A stretch of DNA of 64,000 nucleotides from positions 1 through 64,000 of the forward strand of contig JAMWBK010000005.1 in NCBI GenBank assembly GCA_029953675.1, read 5' to 3'. How positions within the stretch are numbered: position 1 is the first letter of the stretch; every line of letters begins with the position of its first letter. A program made the position numbers and the translations under genes. The notes beneath the pieces were generated by a model. The model worked only from the letters and a program-made list of their open reading frames with translations. It had not been told where the DNA came from and did no database searches. This document shows positions 23,203-35,074 of this stretch, piece by piece. This DNA is from Rhodosorus marinus CCMP1338 (taxonomy: Eukaryota > Plantae > Rhodophyta).

Positions 23203-23259
23203 AGTCTATTCCGTGACCGCCCGGACCATCTACAATCTTTCCTTTTCTCGCTCGATTGA

Positions 23260-23385
23260 GTTTCTTGCTGTGGCGCATGAACGCTGCTGCGTTGCTCTTG
23301 GAGGCCCGCGACCTTCGCTGTGCGTAGTCTTTTTCCTCCTTGGTTTTTTTTTTTCTTAGCCTCCGATTAAACCATTCATTCAGTC
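23260..23385 (+). mobile_element. Diverged family C-like 3' end
   Basis: CTGTGGCGCATGAACGC (LWRMNA) followed by CCTCCGATTAAACCATTCATTC. Confidence 0.7.
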
Positions 23386-24799
23386 CAGGGTTCAAGCACA
23401 CGTGCGATTAAGTAAATCTCCTAGGAAACGTTTGCGCAAAACCTGCTAATTCATATTAAAAAAGGTTAGCTGCTGAATTAAGTAAATCTCACTGAAAGCC
23501 ATTTTAATTCTTAGATACGCCGGTTTTGATCAGCTTAAACGGCGTAGTGAATGAATGGTTTAAACGGCGTAGTAGTGCCACAGGCTACGTCAACATCATT
23601 GAACAGGCCGGGACGAGGGGGTGCGCTGAGATTTACTTAATTCAAAACTAAGCTTTTTTAGTGTTGCATTGTAGGTTTTGCGGAATCGATTTGCGCGGAG
23701 ATTTTCATCACCCGACTAAGCATCTTATTCAGTACAAATTTTACATCCAATTGATGAATCATAATACATCCAATTGAATGAATGATTTGTGAATGAATTT
23801 GCTGAATTGGAGGCTAAACCCAGGAGGGCAAAGAGAAGACTAGACACGGAAGCCTCAAAGCCAAAAACAATTGAGGCAGTCGCGGCGATGACGAATGGAA
23901 ACGAAACTCCAGCCTGCAGCAGTATCCTGGAGTTCCAACGTGGTGATGACAATCGACGGAATTAAGGTTGCTACACGATGACGGCGAGTGACGGAACCGT
24001 AAATTTTACGCGGCAGTCGCCTGCTGTAGCGAAACCTAATTCTACAACTTTCGAAGGGATACTGCCCGAGTCCATCTAAAGGCACCGCACCCCAGACTAT
24101 CGCATTTCGAAGCAGTTAGGAGTTGAGCACGTAACAAACTTTAAACTTCTAGACACAAGTAGGAGCAGAAGAAGAGCACAAAAGGAAACTTGGGTGTTTT
24201 GTTTTTTACTAGAAACTAATGGCTTGCAAGTCAAGATGTACACGTTTACTCGTTAATTAGACGTCTAGCCGATTGAAAAAAAATCTGCTAGTGGTATTTT
24301 AGCCAATAGGAATAATCGACCAAGGCATTCTCCCTCCCCAGTTTGACTTATATATCGGGGACTTGTCTCCAATAGGATATAGTGGCGGGGGACCACGGCC
24401 TTCCCGCTCCGCGCAGCTTGGCTTGAATCTATCTGTATCACATGATCAGCCTCGACTAACATTCTGCGATAATATCGCCAAAGAGCACGCTCGGATCATC
24501 TAGGTAGGATGGCCTTGCAAATCTACTTTGCTAGTCCTGGATTTCTCTCTCAAACCCTTAGGCAAAATGCGGCGATACTATCATTTTCTTTTGAGCGCGG
24601 ATCACAAAGTCATTCATTAAGCAACTTAAAATTCGGGGTACAGAGGGGAGCTAGGGACTGAATATATGTGTCAATCGTTTGATCAAGTTTGATCATTAAG
24701 TATACCTGCTTATTCGGCTCAGTGAAAGAACGATCAATTTCACAAATTGAGTTAATAAATTAATCATAGGCTGGGAAAAAAGCCCCTAAGAAGGAAAAA

Positions 24800-25520
24800 C
24801 AAATACGAAGCACATGGAAGGTCGCGTGCACGTATGCCATGACAAATCCAGGAGATTTCTTCGGAGTTCAATCCCAAAGTCAACACATAGCGGATGCCAG
24901 GATGCGTCTCGAGTATCTGTGTACCTCCCAAAGTCAACACACATTGGAACAGATGAATCCCGCAGCCAACGGTAAAGTAAAATAGCGGTGGCTTAATATA
25001 TTGAGTTCTGCTACGCTTAAAATATTAAGTTCAGTCAAGAGCAAGATCAACGCCAGCCTATCGAAACCAATTTTTTTTGATTACTGGATTTTTATTGCTG
25101 GTTTTACTACGTGTTTTTTAATGACTCTCACCTCAGCTGTGTGAATTTTCCTTGTCATCCAGATCCTCACACGAATCTACCAGTCAAATTGATAGAATCA
25201 GCCGAGAGGTTCGCGAAATAGTTTTCAGCGAATAGGACGCCCAGAGTTTGCACGGTGCAAAAAATTCACTCATGAGAGCATCGGGAAACAGCATCGACCG
25301 AACTGTTTCTCCACCCAGTCAATAGGCGTTATATTTTTGTCAGCGTGTTTATCTACGGTTCATATCCCAAAGTCAACACACAGTAGAACGGTCGCACTTC
25401 ACGTCCCGTAGGTTATGTTCGAGCTCGCATTGCAAAGCCAACACACAGTCGAGCGGACGCCATGTTACGTCCTGGATATTATGTCCGAATGCACATCCAA
25501 AACTCAAAACACTATGGAGC
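24800..25520 (-). pseudogene. Degenerate 22-aa repeat (FNIP/LRR-like) remnant
   Basis: CAAAGTCAACAC-like motif recurs with ~65-66-bp spacing (25368, 25433, 25498) and at ~24875 and ~24930. Translates as VLSFGCAFGHNIQDVTW / VLALQCELEHNLRDVKC. Confidence 0.35.
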
Positions 25521-25700
25521 GGAACGATGACCACGGAACTGGTATAAAAGGTACGGACAGGAAGCGGTGCATACCAAAATGTCACCCCTGTTCTAGCCAA
25601 CTTCGTGATTGACATAGAGAGAAACTCGTTGGAGCGAAAGAAAACCAAAGGCGGTGAAGGATTCGAGCAAGAAACCCTGGGGAGAAGTCGTCTTCGAGCT

Positions 25701-26807
25701 ATGAGGAGCCGAGTCGTTCTAATAGTAGTCGTATCAGCATTTCTTTTCGCGTCTGATTGTCAGGCGCAGACCAGGTTCCAGATATGCCTCCCGGAGTGTC
25801 AGGTAACAGTACCCGTGTTGGAACAGACATGCAGAGTTATTAAAGGTCCAAACAACTGCGACTGCGGGTCAAACGACGACACTGACAACACTGAGCTGAA
25901 AAGGCTGCAGGGATCTGCTTCAATAAGATGTCGACACGGTTGCACTATCAACAACGAGTGGGTTCCACCGCATCTAAACGAAGAATGGTTGCGGAAGCGC
26001 GATCCTACTGTGTATCCTCATGAAGGCAAGCACTGTGGAAATATTTGCAACCACGAGTGTAAGGAAACAGTAGCAGAGTTGGAACAGACATGCAGAGTTA
26101 TTAAAGGTTCAAACAACTGCAACTGCTTGTCAGAGCCAAGCAGTAGCAGTGGGCTGCGAAGGCGGGAGGCCGATGCTCGAATAAGATGTCGACACGGTTG
26201 CACTATCAACAACGAGTGGCTTCCACCGCATCTAAACGAAGAATGGTTGCGGACGCGCGATCCTACTGTGTATCCTCATGAAGGCAAGTTTTGTGGAAAT
26301 ATCTGCAACCACGAGTGCAGACAATCAATCCCGCAACTTGAGCAATTCTGCAGAAGATCAACCCATAGATGTGACTGTAGTTCAGACGACGTAACTGATG
26401 CGTCACTGATTGAAAGGGAGAGAAGGGCGCGATTACAATGTGAACGCTCTTGCACTATCACCAACAAGTACGTTCCAGAGAATCTCAACGAATGGTGGTT
26501 GCACATTCGAAGTCGTGCTGTGTATCCTCGTGAAGGCCGGTATTGCGGAAACGTATGTCTTGAGGAGTGTAGATCTTCTATATGGCAACTCGAAAACCGC
26601 TGCAAGATAAGACGAGGAATAAACAACTGCAACTGTCTTAAGGATATCGCAGATAAACGGCTGCAGAGGAAGGAACTCAAGGCTAGGAATCTCTGTGATC
26701 GTGGATGTAACGTTCATAGAGAGTACATTAAGAGGGCTGATAATGAATGGTGGAATAGAAAGCGTAGGTTTGACAAATATCCTGCGAAGGGCAAGAAATG
26801 CAGATGA
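25701..26807 (+). CDS. Secreted Arg/Cys-rich protein with four ~85-aa tandem repeats (368 aa)
   Basis: ATG at 25701 followed by a signal-peptide-like MRSRVVLIVVVSAFLFASDCQA. Repeats C..C...LEQ.C....NNCxC...C..GC.I.N.W...YP.EGK.C; units 1 and 2 are 261 bp apart. No stops. Confidence 0.85.
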   Translation: MRSRVVLIVVVSAFLFASDCQAQTRFQICLPECQVTVPVLEQTCRVIKGPNNCDCGSNDDTDNTELKRLQGSASIRCRHGCTINNEWVPPHLNEEWLRKRDPTVYPHEGKHCGNICNHECKETVAELEQTCRVIKGSNNCNCLSEPSSSSGLRRREADARIRCRHGCTINNEWLPPHLNEEWLRTRDPTVYPHEGKFCGNICNHECRQSIPQLEQFCRRSTHRCDCSSDDVTDASLIERERRARLQCERSCTITNKYVPENLNEWWLHIRSRAVYPREGRYCGNVCLEECRSSIWQLENRCKIRRGINNCNCLKDIADKRLQRKELKARNLCDRGCNVHREYIKRADNEWWNRKRRFDKYPAKGKKCR

Positions 26808-27118
26808 AGTGACTGAGGTGAACGATGAAAGTGTTTAGTGGTTGCGTGTTGATCTTGCTTAAAATCCAGTCAGTCAATTATGTAAATGATTGACCACCTC
26901 AATCAACTCTTTTTGCGTTGAGTTTTTTGGCCACCGATAAACACATTCAGTCAATCAATATCAATGTTTTTTTTTCCTATACCCGAGAAATACATTAATT
27001 CAATCAACATCTACCCCGGAAATTGTTGGAATTCTGTGCTTGTCATTAAAGGAATCTTTGAATGCGAAAAACGAATTAATTGGAGACTACAACAAAAAAA
27101 CCACGAGGGGAAAAAAGA

Positions 27119-27335
27119 CTAAGCGCCACGAAGGTCGAGCGCCTCCAAGATCGAACGAATGGTTTGATCGGAGGCTGAAAGAAAACAACCCCGAGGGGAA
27201 AAAAAGACTAAGTGCGGCGAAGAACTCGCGCCTCCAACATCAAGTCTGGGGTTAGCGGCATTCATGCGCCACAGCAGGAAACTTAAGCGGGTAAACAATG
27301 ATTGAAGACGGTCAGGGCGTTCGCGGAACAAGATC
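27119..27335 (-). mobile_element. Rearranged family C 3' fragments
   Basis: RERPDRLQSLFTRLSFLLWRMNAA plus a duplicated CCCGAGGGGAAAAAAAGACTAAG 3' UTR; telomere remnant at ~27243-27253. Confidence 0.75.
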
Positions 27336-27399
27336 AACGCAGCGTTCATACGAGAACCCGCACGCTGAGCTCCCCTGAAACCTTGAGGAGCCTCCTCAA

Positions 27400-28030
27400 C
27401 AAGGTTTGGAGTCTTCCAGAGATATGGAAGTTGACCAGGATGCGGAAAGGTCTACCATAGCCGACACTAGAGCCCTGAAGAAGCCGCCACAAGCAGAAAC
27501 TCATTCAACACCACCCCGCGAACAGATGAGTGCACGTGACTCCCGGAAGAGACGGCGCATCACACCGTTGATCACATCCGACCCAGGGGCACGGCAGCAC
27601 AAATTGCTAGAGCTCAGTTGCACAGATGGACGACGGCCGCCGCTGATGGATGGTCACACATAGCCCTGTACAGACCCGGGAACATGTGCCGAATGCACAG
27701 GTTAAGATATGGAACACGCTTCTGTACCAAGCCTTGGGATTTGCCCTCGACTCCGATGCTGATGCTCTTCTTCGCGCTTTCATCATGGTATTACCGGGTC
27801 TCGTCCTCGGAAAGTGCGATCTTCAGCCAGGAGTGCAAGTTGAACATCTTATGGAAGGGGAATTTTCACAAGTATTGACGGCACTCAACGTGAAGGCAGC
27901 GTTCCGACCCTCGGCACGAGCGCGACGGGCCGATCGTCTGGGAGAACTGTCGCAATGCGCAAGTAATTCGGTTGGCCAATGTTGGAAGACTTTCCGCCGC
28001 AGCCGAGAGACTTGAGGCAACAGATCTCGC
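27400..28030 (+). pseudogene. Decayed group A ORF1 end/ORF2 N-terminus
   Basis: VLPGLVLG...QVEHLMEGEFSQV matches the ORF2 N-termini of A2/A3; ends at a telomere remnant. Confidence 0.7.
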
Positions 28031-28055
28031 CTGGGGTTACGTTAGTCTGGGGTTA
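28031..28055 (+). repeat. Interstitial telomere remnant (G-strand on +)
   Basis: CTGGGGTTACGTTAGTCTGGGGTTA. Confidence 0.9.
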
Positions 28056-29850
28056 ATGCGTAGCAGCAGACTACTGCCGTTTGAAAAACCCACGAGCAAC
28101 ACAACCGTTGCAGCGAGACCTGGCATCCGGCCGATCGGAGTACCCGAAGTCCTCCGAAAGGTGGCCACACAGTGGATCCTTCGTTCGGTCACCGACCGCG
28201 TTAAGGAACTGCTCATACCTCTACAACTGGACATCGGAGTTAGCGGTGGTTGTGAACGATCACTACACGCGATCCAGGCACACCTCTCGTGCGAACCTGA
28301 CGCCGTCGTCTTACGGCTCGACCTGGAGAACGCGTTCAACCGCATTGACCGCCGCATCGCAAAGCAAATCCTGGACCACCATTTCTGACACGCCTTGACT
28401 ACCATACCAGAGGCCTGGCGTATCCACTGGGCCGGACCACCGCCAGGGAAGCCGACGGCATCACCCTCGCAGAACTAGAAGGCTTATGTGGAGGACTGAG
28501 ACACCATCAGGACATCAGCGGAGTTGAGACAAACGTGGTGGAGCAGCAGATTCGACTGCCATGCCGATGGGGAGGGCTAGGGTTTGCTATGCGGACGAGG
28601 ATTCAACCGGTCGGTTTTCACGCTGGGTGGAAGCAGAGTCTTCAGGAGAATATCACTCAGTCAGGTTACCTTAGGCGGCTACTTTCGGACTGTATTTCGC
28701 TTGCGGATGGACATCAGCGGTGTGAGATCAATATGCAGTGGACCACGGACGATCTGGCGGTGCAACTTGTAGCGGCAAGCCATGCGGTACAGAGGAGGCT
28801 ATTACCAACGACGAGTGCGCGGATCAAGAGGCTAGCGGAATGGCAACCATTAGCAGACTGTGCAAGAGGAACTGAGACAGATCCGAGGAGTTCCGGAGGA
28901 TATGACGGTCCCATTCAAAAAACGCTCTCTCGAGAGTGCCACCGTCACGCCTTCGAGATACTCACGGAGGATGCAACGGTGGAGGACGTAGACAGGGCAA
29001 GAATCCGGTCGGCGGGAGGGACGGGTTGTGGTGTATGGCTCAGAGACTGCCCTATCGTGGGTCCGCGGAAATTAAGTCGGGATGAGATGATCTGGAGCAT
29101 GAGGATGCTTCTGGGGCTACCCCTACCTGGACTCGGCCGGTCATACAGTTGCACAGTCTGCGAGCAACCACACGATGTGCGTGGGATCCAGCGGCTGCAC
29201 CACTGCAGGACATCATCGGGGATGCGCACAAAGAGACACGACGAGCTGAAGGTCGAACTGAGTCGATGGCTACACCTATGGAATTTCACAGAGATAGTAG
29301 TAGAGCCTCAGGGGTTCTTTGCTGGGTCCGGAATTCGACCCGATATTGTAGCACGGCACCCGACGAGTGGTTGCGTGTACGTGGTGGACGTGATGGTAAC
29401 ATCGCCACTTCAAAGGAATCAGTTGAGGCATTCGAGTTGGAGCTGCGGATATGCTGCGAAACAAGCAGAACAAGCGAAGGCGTTGCATTGTAAGGAAGTG
29501 CTGAGGGTGGAAAACCAAGACCTAGTTTTGTGCCGTTCAATTTGGAGACTTTTGGTCGAATGGGAGAGGCCAGCCTGGAATTTCTTCGCAAAAGGACGGC
29601 GCATCTGCATGATCGTGATTCCCACCTGTCGGCGGTGAGAGGTCAAATCAATCGGATCCTGTGGCAGCAAAATGCTGCTTTAGTTGAACATGCGATGGAG
29701 AAAGATCGCGCGGATAGAATAATATTTCCCTTGAGTAGAAGTTAGATGAGACCCCTGGACAGGGGGTACCAGTGAGTTTAGAGCGAGCGCATAGTAGTGG
29801 TAATGCGTTTTGCGGTAGGTAGCTGCCGAATAAAGGCTACGGGGTAAAAG
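28056..29850 (+). mobile_element. Chimera: A2 RT fragment (28056-28387) + A5 ORF2 C-terminal half and 3' UTR (28388-29850)
   Basis: RPIGVPEVLRK, DLENAFN; then LPCRWGG, CTVC..HHC, RPDIV; C-terminus FPLSRS; frameshift at ~29525. Confidence 0.85.
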
Positions 29851-29875
29851 CTTACGGTTACGTTAGTCTGGGGTT

Positions 29876-32800
29876 GTTTTGGACGGCTTTGTTTGTGGAA
29901 AACGACGGAAAAAGCTGATAAAAAGTTACAAGTATGATTGTGAAGGAGGTACGCGGGCCGGTACCAGCAGCACACGGCCAACGTACGCTCAGAGGACTGC
30001 CCAAAGTACTCCAGCTGGAGAATCAGAGGCTCAACTCCGACCAGCCGGGCGCCCGGGCCCACAGAGCCAGCAGGCAGCGCTGCGACAGTTGCACGCCACT
30101 GTGGGAGGGTCCTCCTGGGGACCTGAGACCAAGCCGGTACTGGCGACCCTGAGGAATGTAAGACCGCCACGGATGGACGAGGTAGCCCCATCGGATTTCA
30201 CCACGGTCCTTTGCAGAGCCTTGGGGATTCCGAGCTCTTATGTGGCGCACGTGGACTTCATTGCTTCCCATGCGTGCTTACTCTGCCATCCGGACGCGAT
30301 TCCGATTCTACAAAGCGCCATCTCTCGGGGCGTTTTCAGGACGGGCATCTTCGGTTCGTTCACCCAGAGACACCCCGATCGGCAAGTGACTCTCTACACG
30401 GGCCAGGCACTGGATACAGACAACCTGTTGGGCTATAATGAACGTCAGCTCATTGCCCCAGCGAATATCGGGGCTCAGACCCTGAAACGGGCGATTGAAC
30501 AGACTATCCGGATCCGCGCGAGACTTCGCAGAAGGCAACTCTCGTTCAACACACTCGCAGCGATACACGAGTACCTGGAGAGCAGACTCGGAGCCCTACA
30601 AGCCACACAACGTACTCCAACGGTACCCGGGGAGAGCGCGGAACCCCCAGCGCCTGCAGCCGCCACGAACGCAGACCCTGAAGCCTCGTCCCTTCCAGGG
30701 GATGTACAGGCAGACCGTGGGAGAGTTGACGCCCCGGTTGAGACCAGTGCGACTTCCCAAGTACCTGAGAACGCAGCACACGAGAACAATCCCCATGCGG
30801 AGCTCCTCTGCAACCTTCCGGAGCCACCTCAACAGAAGCGCTCGCGAGTAGCCGCCGATGGCACCGGACCGGATACTGAGATGACTCCGGCAGCCGTGGA
30901 GACTCCACAGGATACCACTGGGACACAGGTTGCCCTTGACGGCAACCATCACGCGATGGACACGCAGGAGAGCCAGGAAAACCCAGCCCAATAATGCCGA
31001 GCAGACGTAGGGGAATCAAACGACGCCGCGAAGAGCCTCTATTCTTCTCGGATCGTCAAGACTGGATCAGGTGGTGGAGCGTCTTCGTCGACGACGCCAC
31101 GGAAGGAGGCAGGCAGTGGACGCGCCTTACATACTGCCCGGTTCCCACACGGCGATTTGTGCCACGCGCCCAGGTTCACACATGGAGCTGCCTCTTCCGT
31201 GGTGCTGCATTAGAGCTCTCTATGGACAGCACCGCACCAGCAAACGCCAGCCTGCTTCTTGTCGGACTTCCAGGCCTTGTCCTTGGACACTCTGCACTTG
31301 ATGTTGGCATTCAGGTATCGCATGTGCTTGAAGGAGAATTCTCTACGGTCTGGAGCGCTCTAGAGGACAAGGCGTCTATGCTGTCGCATACTACCGCACC
31401 GCAAGGAGCTGAAGCGGTTCGACGCAAACATCTCGGGCGCCACAAGCGAGCGCTGAAACTAGCACACCTTGGCCGCCTTTCTGATGCAGCTCGGAGCCTA
31501 CAGGCCACCGAAATGGCACCTTTTACCGCGGCTACGTGGAGACAACGACAAGCGCTCTTTCCCAACCCGGCGGAAGGTGACTTACCAGACGAGATTGCAC
31601 ACGCACTGCAATCTTTGCTCGCTCTGAATACCGAAACACTAAAGCGGCGGTGGGATTCAAGAAAAGCGGCCGACGAGGGCCTCATGTCGATCGTGGCACG
31701 TCTTCCTCAGGGCAAGAGCCCAGGTCCTAGCGGTCTCCGAGCGGAACACCTCCAAGGTGCAACTCAACAGACGCAAGTGGCGTTGATTCGTGTATTGCGA
31801 CAACTGGCGACCGCTCCTGAGAAATTTTCCCCGGCTCTGACCCGCGCCCTTCGCAGCAGTCGACTCCTGCCGTTCTCGAAGCCTAACAAGGGTTCAGTGC
31901 CGCAGGAACATCCCGGAGTTCGCCCTATCGGAGTACCAGAAGTTTTGCGCAAGGTAGCAACGCAATGGACTCTTCACGCGGTTATGGACAGGGTGCGTGA
32001 GCTGCTGGTGCCCTTACAACTGGGTATTGGAGTAAGTGGCGGGTGCGAACGCTCACTTCACGCGATCCAGGCCCATTTGTCATGCGAACCCGATTCGGTG
32101 GTCCTTCGGCTAGACCTGGAGAATGCCTTTAATCGCATCGACCGACGCCTTGCCAAGCAACTGGTGGACGAACACTTGCCGGAGCTTGCACCAGTGTATA
32201 GACTTGGCTATGGAAGCGACAACGCGGACTCACCGACGCTCTGTGGCTGGCGATCTGCCCCTGGACAGAAGGGGAAACCGACACCTCTCGCCTGACTCTC
32301 CAAGCAGCTACAGGAGTCCAACAGGGAGATCCACTGGGGTCGGTGCTGCACTGGGGCCGGTGCTACATGCACTATCCCTGGCGCCCTTTCTAAGAGCGTT
32401 GCGAGCCAAGTTCCCCAACGAAACCATTGTTGCTATCCACGACGATATCACGATTGTCGGGTCGCTACAAGCCTTGAAGGCATCCCTGGCATGGGCAAAA
32501 ACTGTGCTCCCCTCTTTTGGAGCACGCCTGCAACTCGGCAAGTGCACTGTGTACGGGCGAACACTGACTACAACGCGAGTGGTCAACCATGAGATTCCTG
32601 GAGTCCAAGTGACCAGAGACGGAGTCACCATCCACTCGATACCGATAGGCAGCCGAGAATAGATCGAACAGGAGTGCCGGGGGTTGCAAAATAAGCATGA
32701 GAAACTCTATGAGGAAATTGCCAAGCTCCCACAACCGGAGCTTACGACGCAAAAAAAAAAAAATTGCCCTCTTCAGGTTCTGTGCAGAAACGCCACTAGA

Positions 32801-34213
32801 CTATGTGCTACGATGCCTCGCATACGAGTTTGGAAGAAATCTGGCACGCGAGGCCGGCGTGATGACCATATATCACCTGGAAATTCTATTCGGAGGCCTC
32901 GCTACGACAGCTGTAGAGGACGATGAGTACGCAGAGCTGATCTCGGACCAAATCGCTCTGCCCTGCCGCTGGGGAGGTTTGGGTTTCGCTACTCGAAAGC
33001 GCGTCCAACCCATCGCGTTTTACTCGTCATGGAGAAACACCTTCCGGAACAATGAAGATGAATGGCCATACCTGACTGAACTAGAGCGGGAGGTTACGGC
33101 AGAACGCTCACCAGACACATACGAGCCGATGGATCAACGATGGTCGACTGCACAGCTGGCGGACCAGATCTGTGCATCGTCGCGAGCAATACAACGGAGG
33201 CTCGGACCAGAAACCCCGCCGCGGATCTTGGCACTGACTACCCTGCAACAACCGCGAGAAACATCTCTTCGAAGCGCCCCGGGCGAGACTGCAGCTTGGA
33301 ATAAGGGTTCAATACAACAAACCCTCTCTCGAGAGGCACACCATTGTGCATTCCAAAAGCTGGTCACCAACCCACGAATCTCCCCTGAAAACCGAGCTCG
33401 AATACGGTCTGCCGCGGGATCCGGGTCGGGAGTCTGGCTACGTGAAATACCAACGCTGACACCGAAAAAATTGAGTGCGGTTGAGATGCAGGTAAACGTT
33501 CGACAACTGCTGGGTCTGCCAATTCCGGGATTGCGCACCACCGAGAAGTGCACTAGTTGCCGGAGTAAACACGGAAGGACTGGGGTACAACGGTTTCATC
33601 ACTGCCAAACATCAACTGGACTGTGGCAACGTAGGCATGACGAAATCTGCAGAGAGCTGGCACAGTGGCTAAGGCGATGGAACTTCATGGACGTAGAGCA
33701 AGAACCTGAGGGGTACTTTGAGAACTACGGACTGCGACCTGATATCGTTGCTAGGCATCCGAGGACCAAACAAAGGTATGCGCTGGATGTGACGGAGGTG
33801 TCACCATTACAGGGAAAATATTTGCGGCGGAGCCAAGATGATAGCAGATACGCGGCGAGAGCTGCGGAGAAGTGGAAAATCGCTCACTACAAAGAAGCGA
33901 TGGTGATCGAGAAACCGGATGATAAGTTCATCCCGATAGCAATAGAGACGTTTGGGCGTACGGGGCAAATGGCACAGGAGTTCCTCCGGGACAGCTGCAA
34001 ACACTTACTGCACAGGAGTGAGGAGCTGAGGGACGTGAGATCGCAGATAAACCGGCAACTATGGCGAGGTAACGCAGAGATAGCATTAGGCGCTTTGCGC
34101 GTGGACCAGCTGGAGAATCCGCTGGTGCCTTTTTTTTCTTTTGAACGTAGCATGAGACCCCGGTATAGACGTAGTGTTGCGCTGCACTAGGCAGCTGCCC
34201 ATTAAAGCTTACG
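29876..34213 (+). mobile_element. Family A3 element: 5' leader, internally deleted ORF1 (to 30994), disrupted ORF2 (30994-34190), 3' end joined to telomere repeats
   Basis: TAATG ORF1/ORF2 overlap at 30992-30996. Lesions at ~32275-32360, stop at ~32660, poly-A shift at ~32760. Telomere remnants at 29858-29875 and 34214-34249. Confidence 0.9.
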
Positions 34214-34249
34214 GTTACGTTAGTCTGGGGTCACGTTAGTCTGGGGTAC

Positions 34250-35000
34250 ACGACTCTTAAGAGGCGATGGGATCCCACAAAAGCAGCTGATGAGGGCCTC
34301 CTGTCGATTGTGGCACGTCTTCCGCCAGGCAAGAGCCCAGGCCCCAGTGGAATGCGCGCGGAACATTTCCAATGCGCCAGTCAACAGTGGCTTTAATCCG
34401 CGTACTGCGACAACTCGCAACCGCTCCGGAGAAATTTCCCTCTCAGCTGACGCGTGCCCTGCGTAGCAGCAGACTGCTACCATTCGCGAAGCCACCGAAG
34501 GAATCGGCTCCCCAGGAAAACCCAGGCGTTCGACCTATCGGCGTCCCTGAAGTTCTGCGAAAGGTGGAGACTCAATGGACCCTTCGCGCCGTCATCGACA
34601 GGGTGCGCACGCTCCTGGTGCCATTACAATTAGGGATCGGGGTTAGTGGCGGATGCGAAATCTCACTACACGCGATCCAGGCGCATCTCTCTTGCGAACC
34701 AGCCGCGGTGATCCTTAGGCTCGACCTAGAGAACGCATTCAACCAGATCGATCGACGCTTGGCGAAGAAACTCGTAGACAAGCACTTTCCGGAGCTCGCG
34801 GCGGTTTACCGCCTTGGGCACGGAAGCGACGCAACGGACTCGCCAACGCTTTGCGGCTGGCGCTATGCACCTGGAGAGAACCAAACGGAGCACTCCCGAC
34901 CGACGCTCCAAGCAGCTACGGGAGTCCAACAGGGAGACCCTCTTGGGCCGGTGCTACATGCACTAGCCCTCACACCGTTCCTAAAGGCTTTACGACCCTA
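34250..35000 (+). mobile_element. A3-like RT fragment
   Basis: Track ORF 34372-35001: RPIG, DLENAFN, GVQQGDPLGP. Confidence 0.85.
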
Positions 35001-35074
35001 AGGCAGGCGCGACCCAAAAATAGTGCCCAGAAGTATTGACTATACGTATCAGCATAGGGAAAACACTGACCATT

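Noticed and set aside
23725-24085. Membrane-protein or ligand-gated-channel remnant
   Set aside because: Short hydrophobic and motif-like stretches lie in different frames with no coherent alignment.
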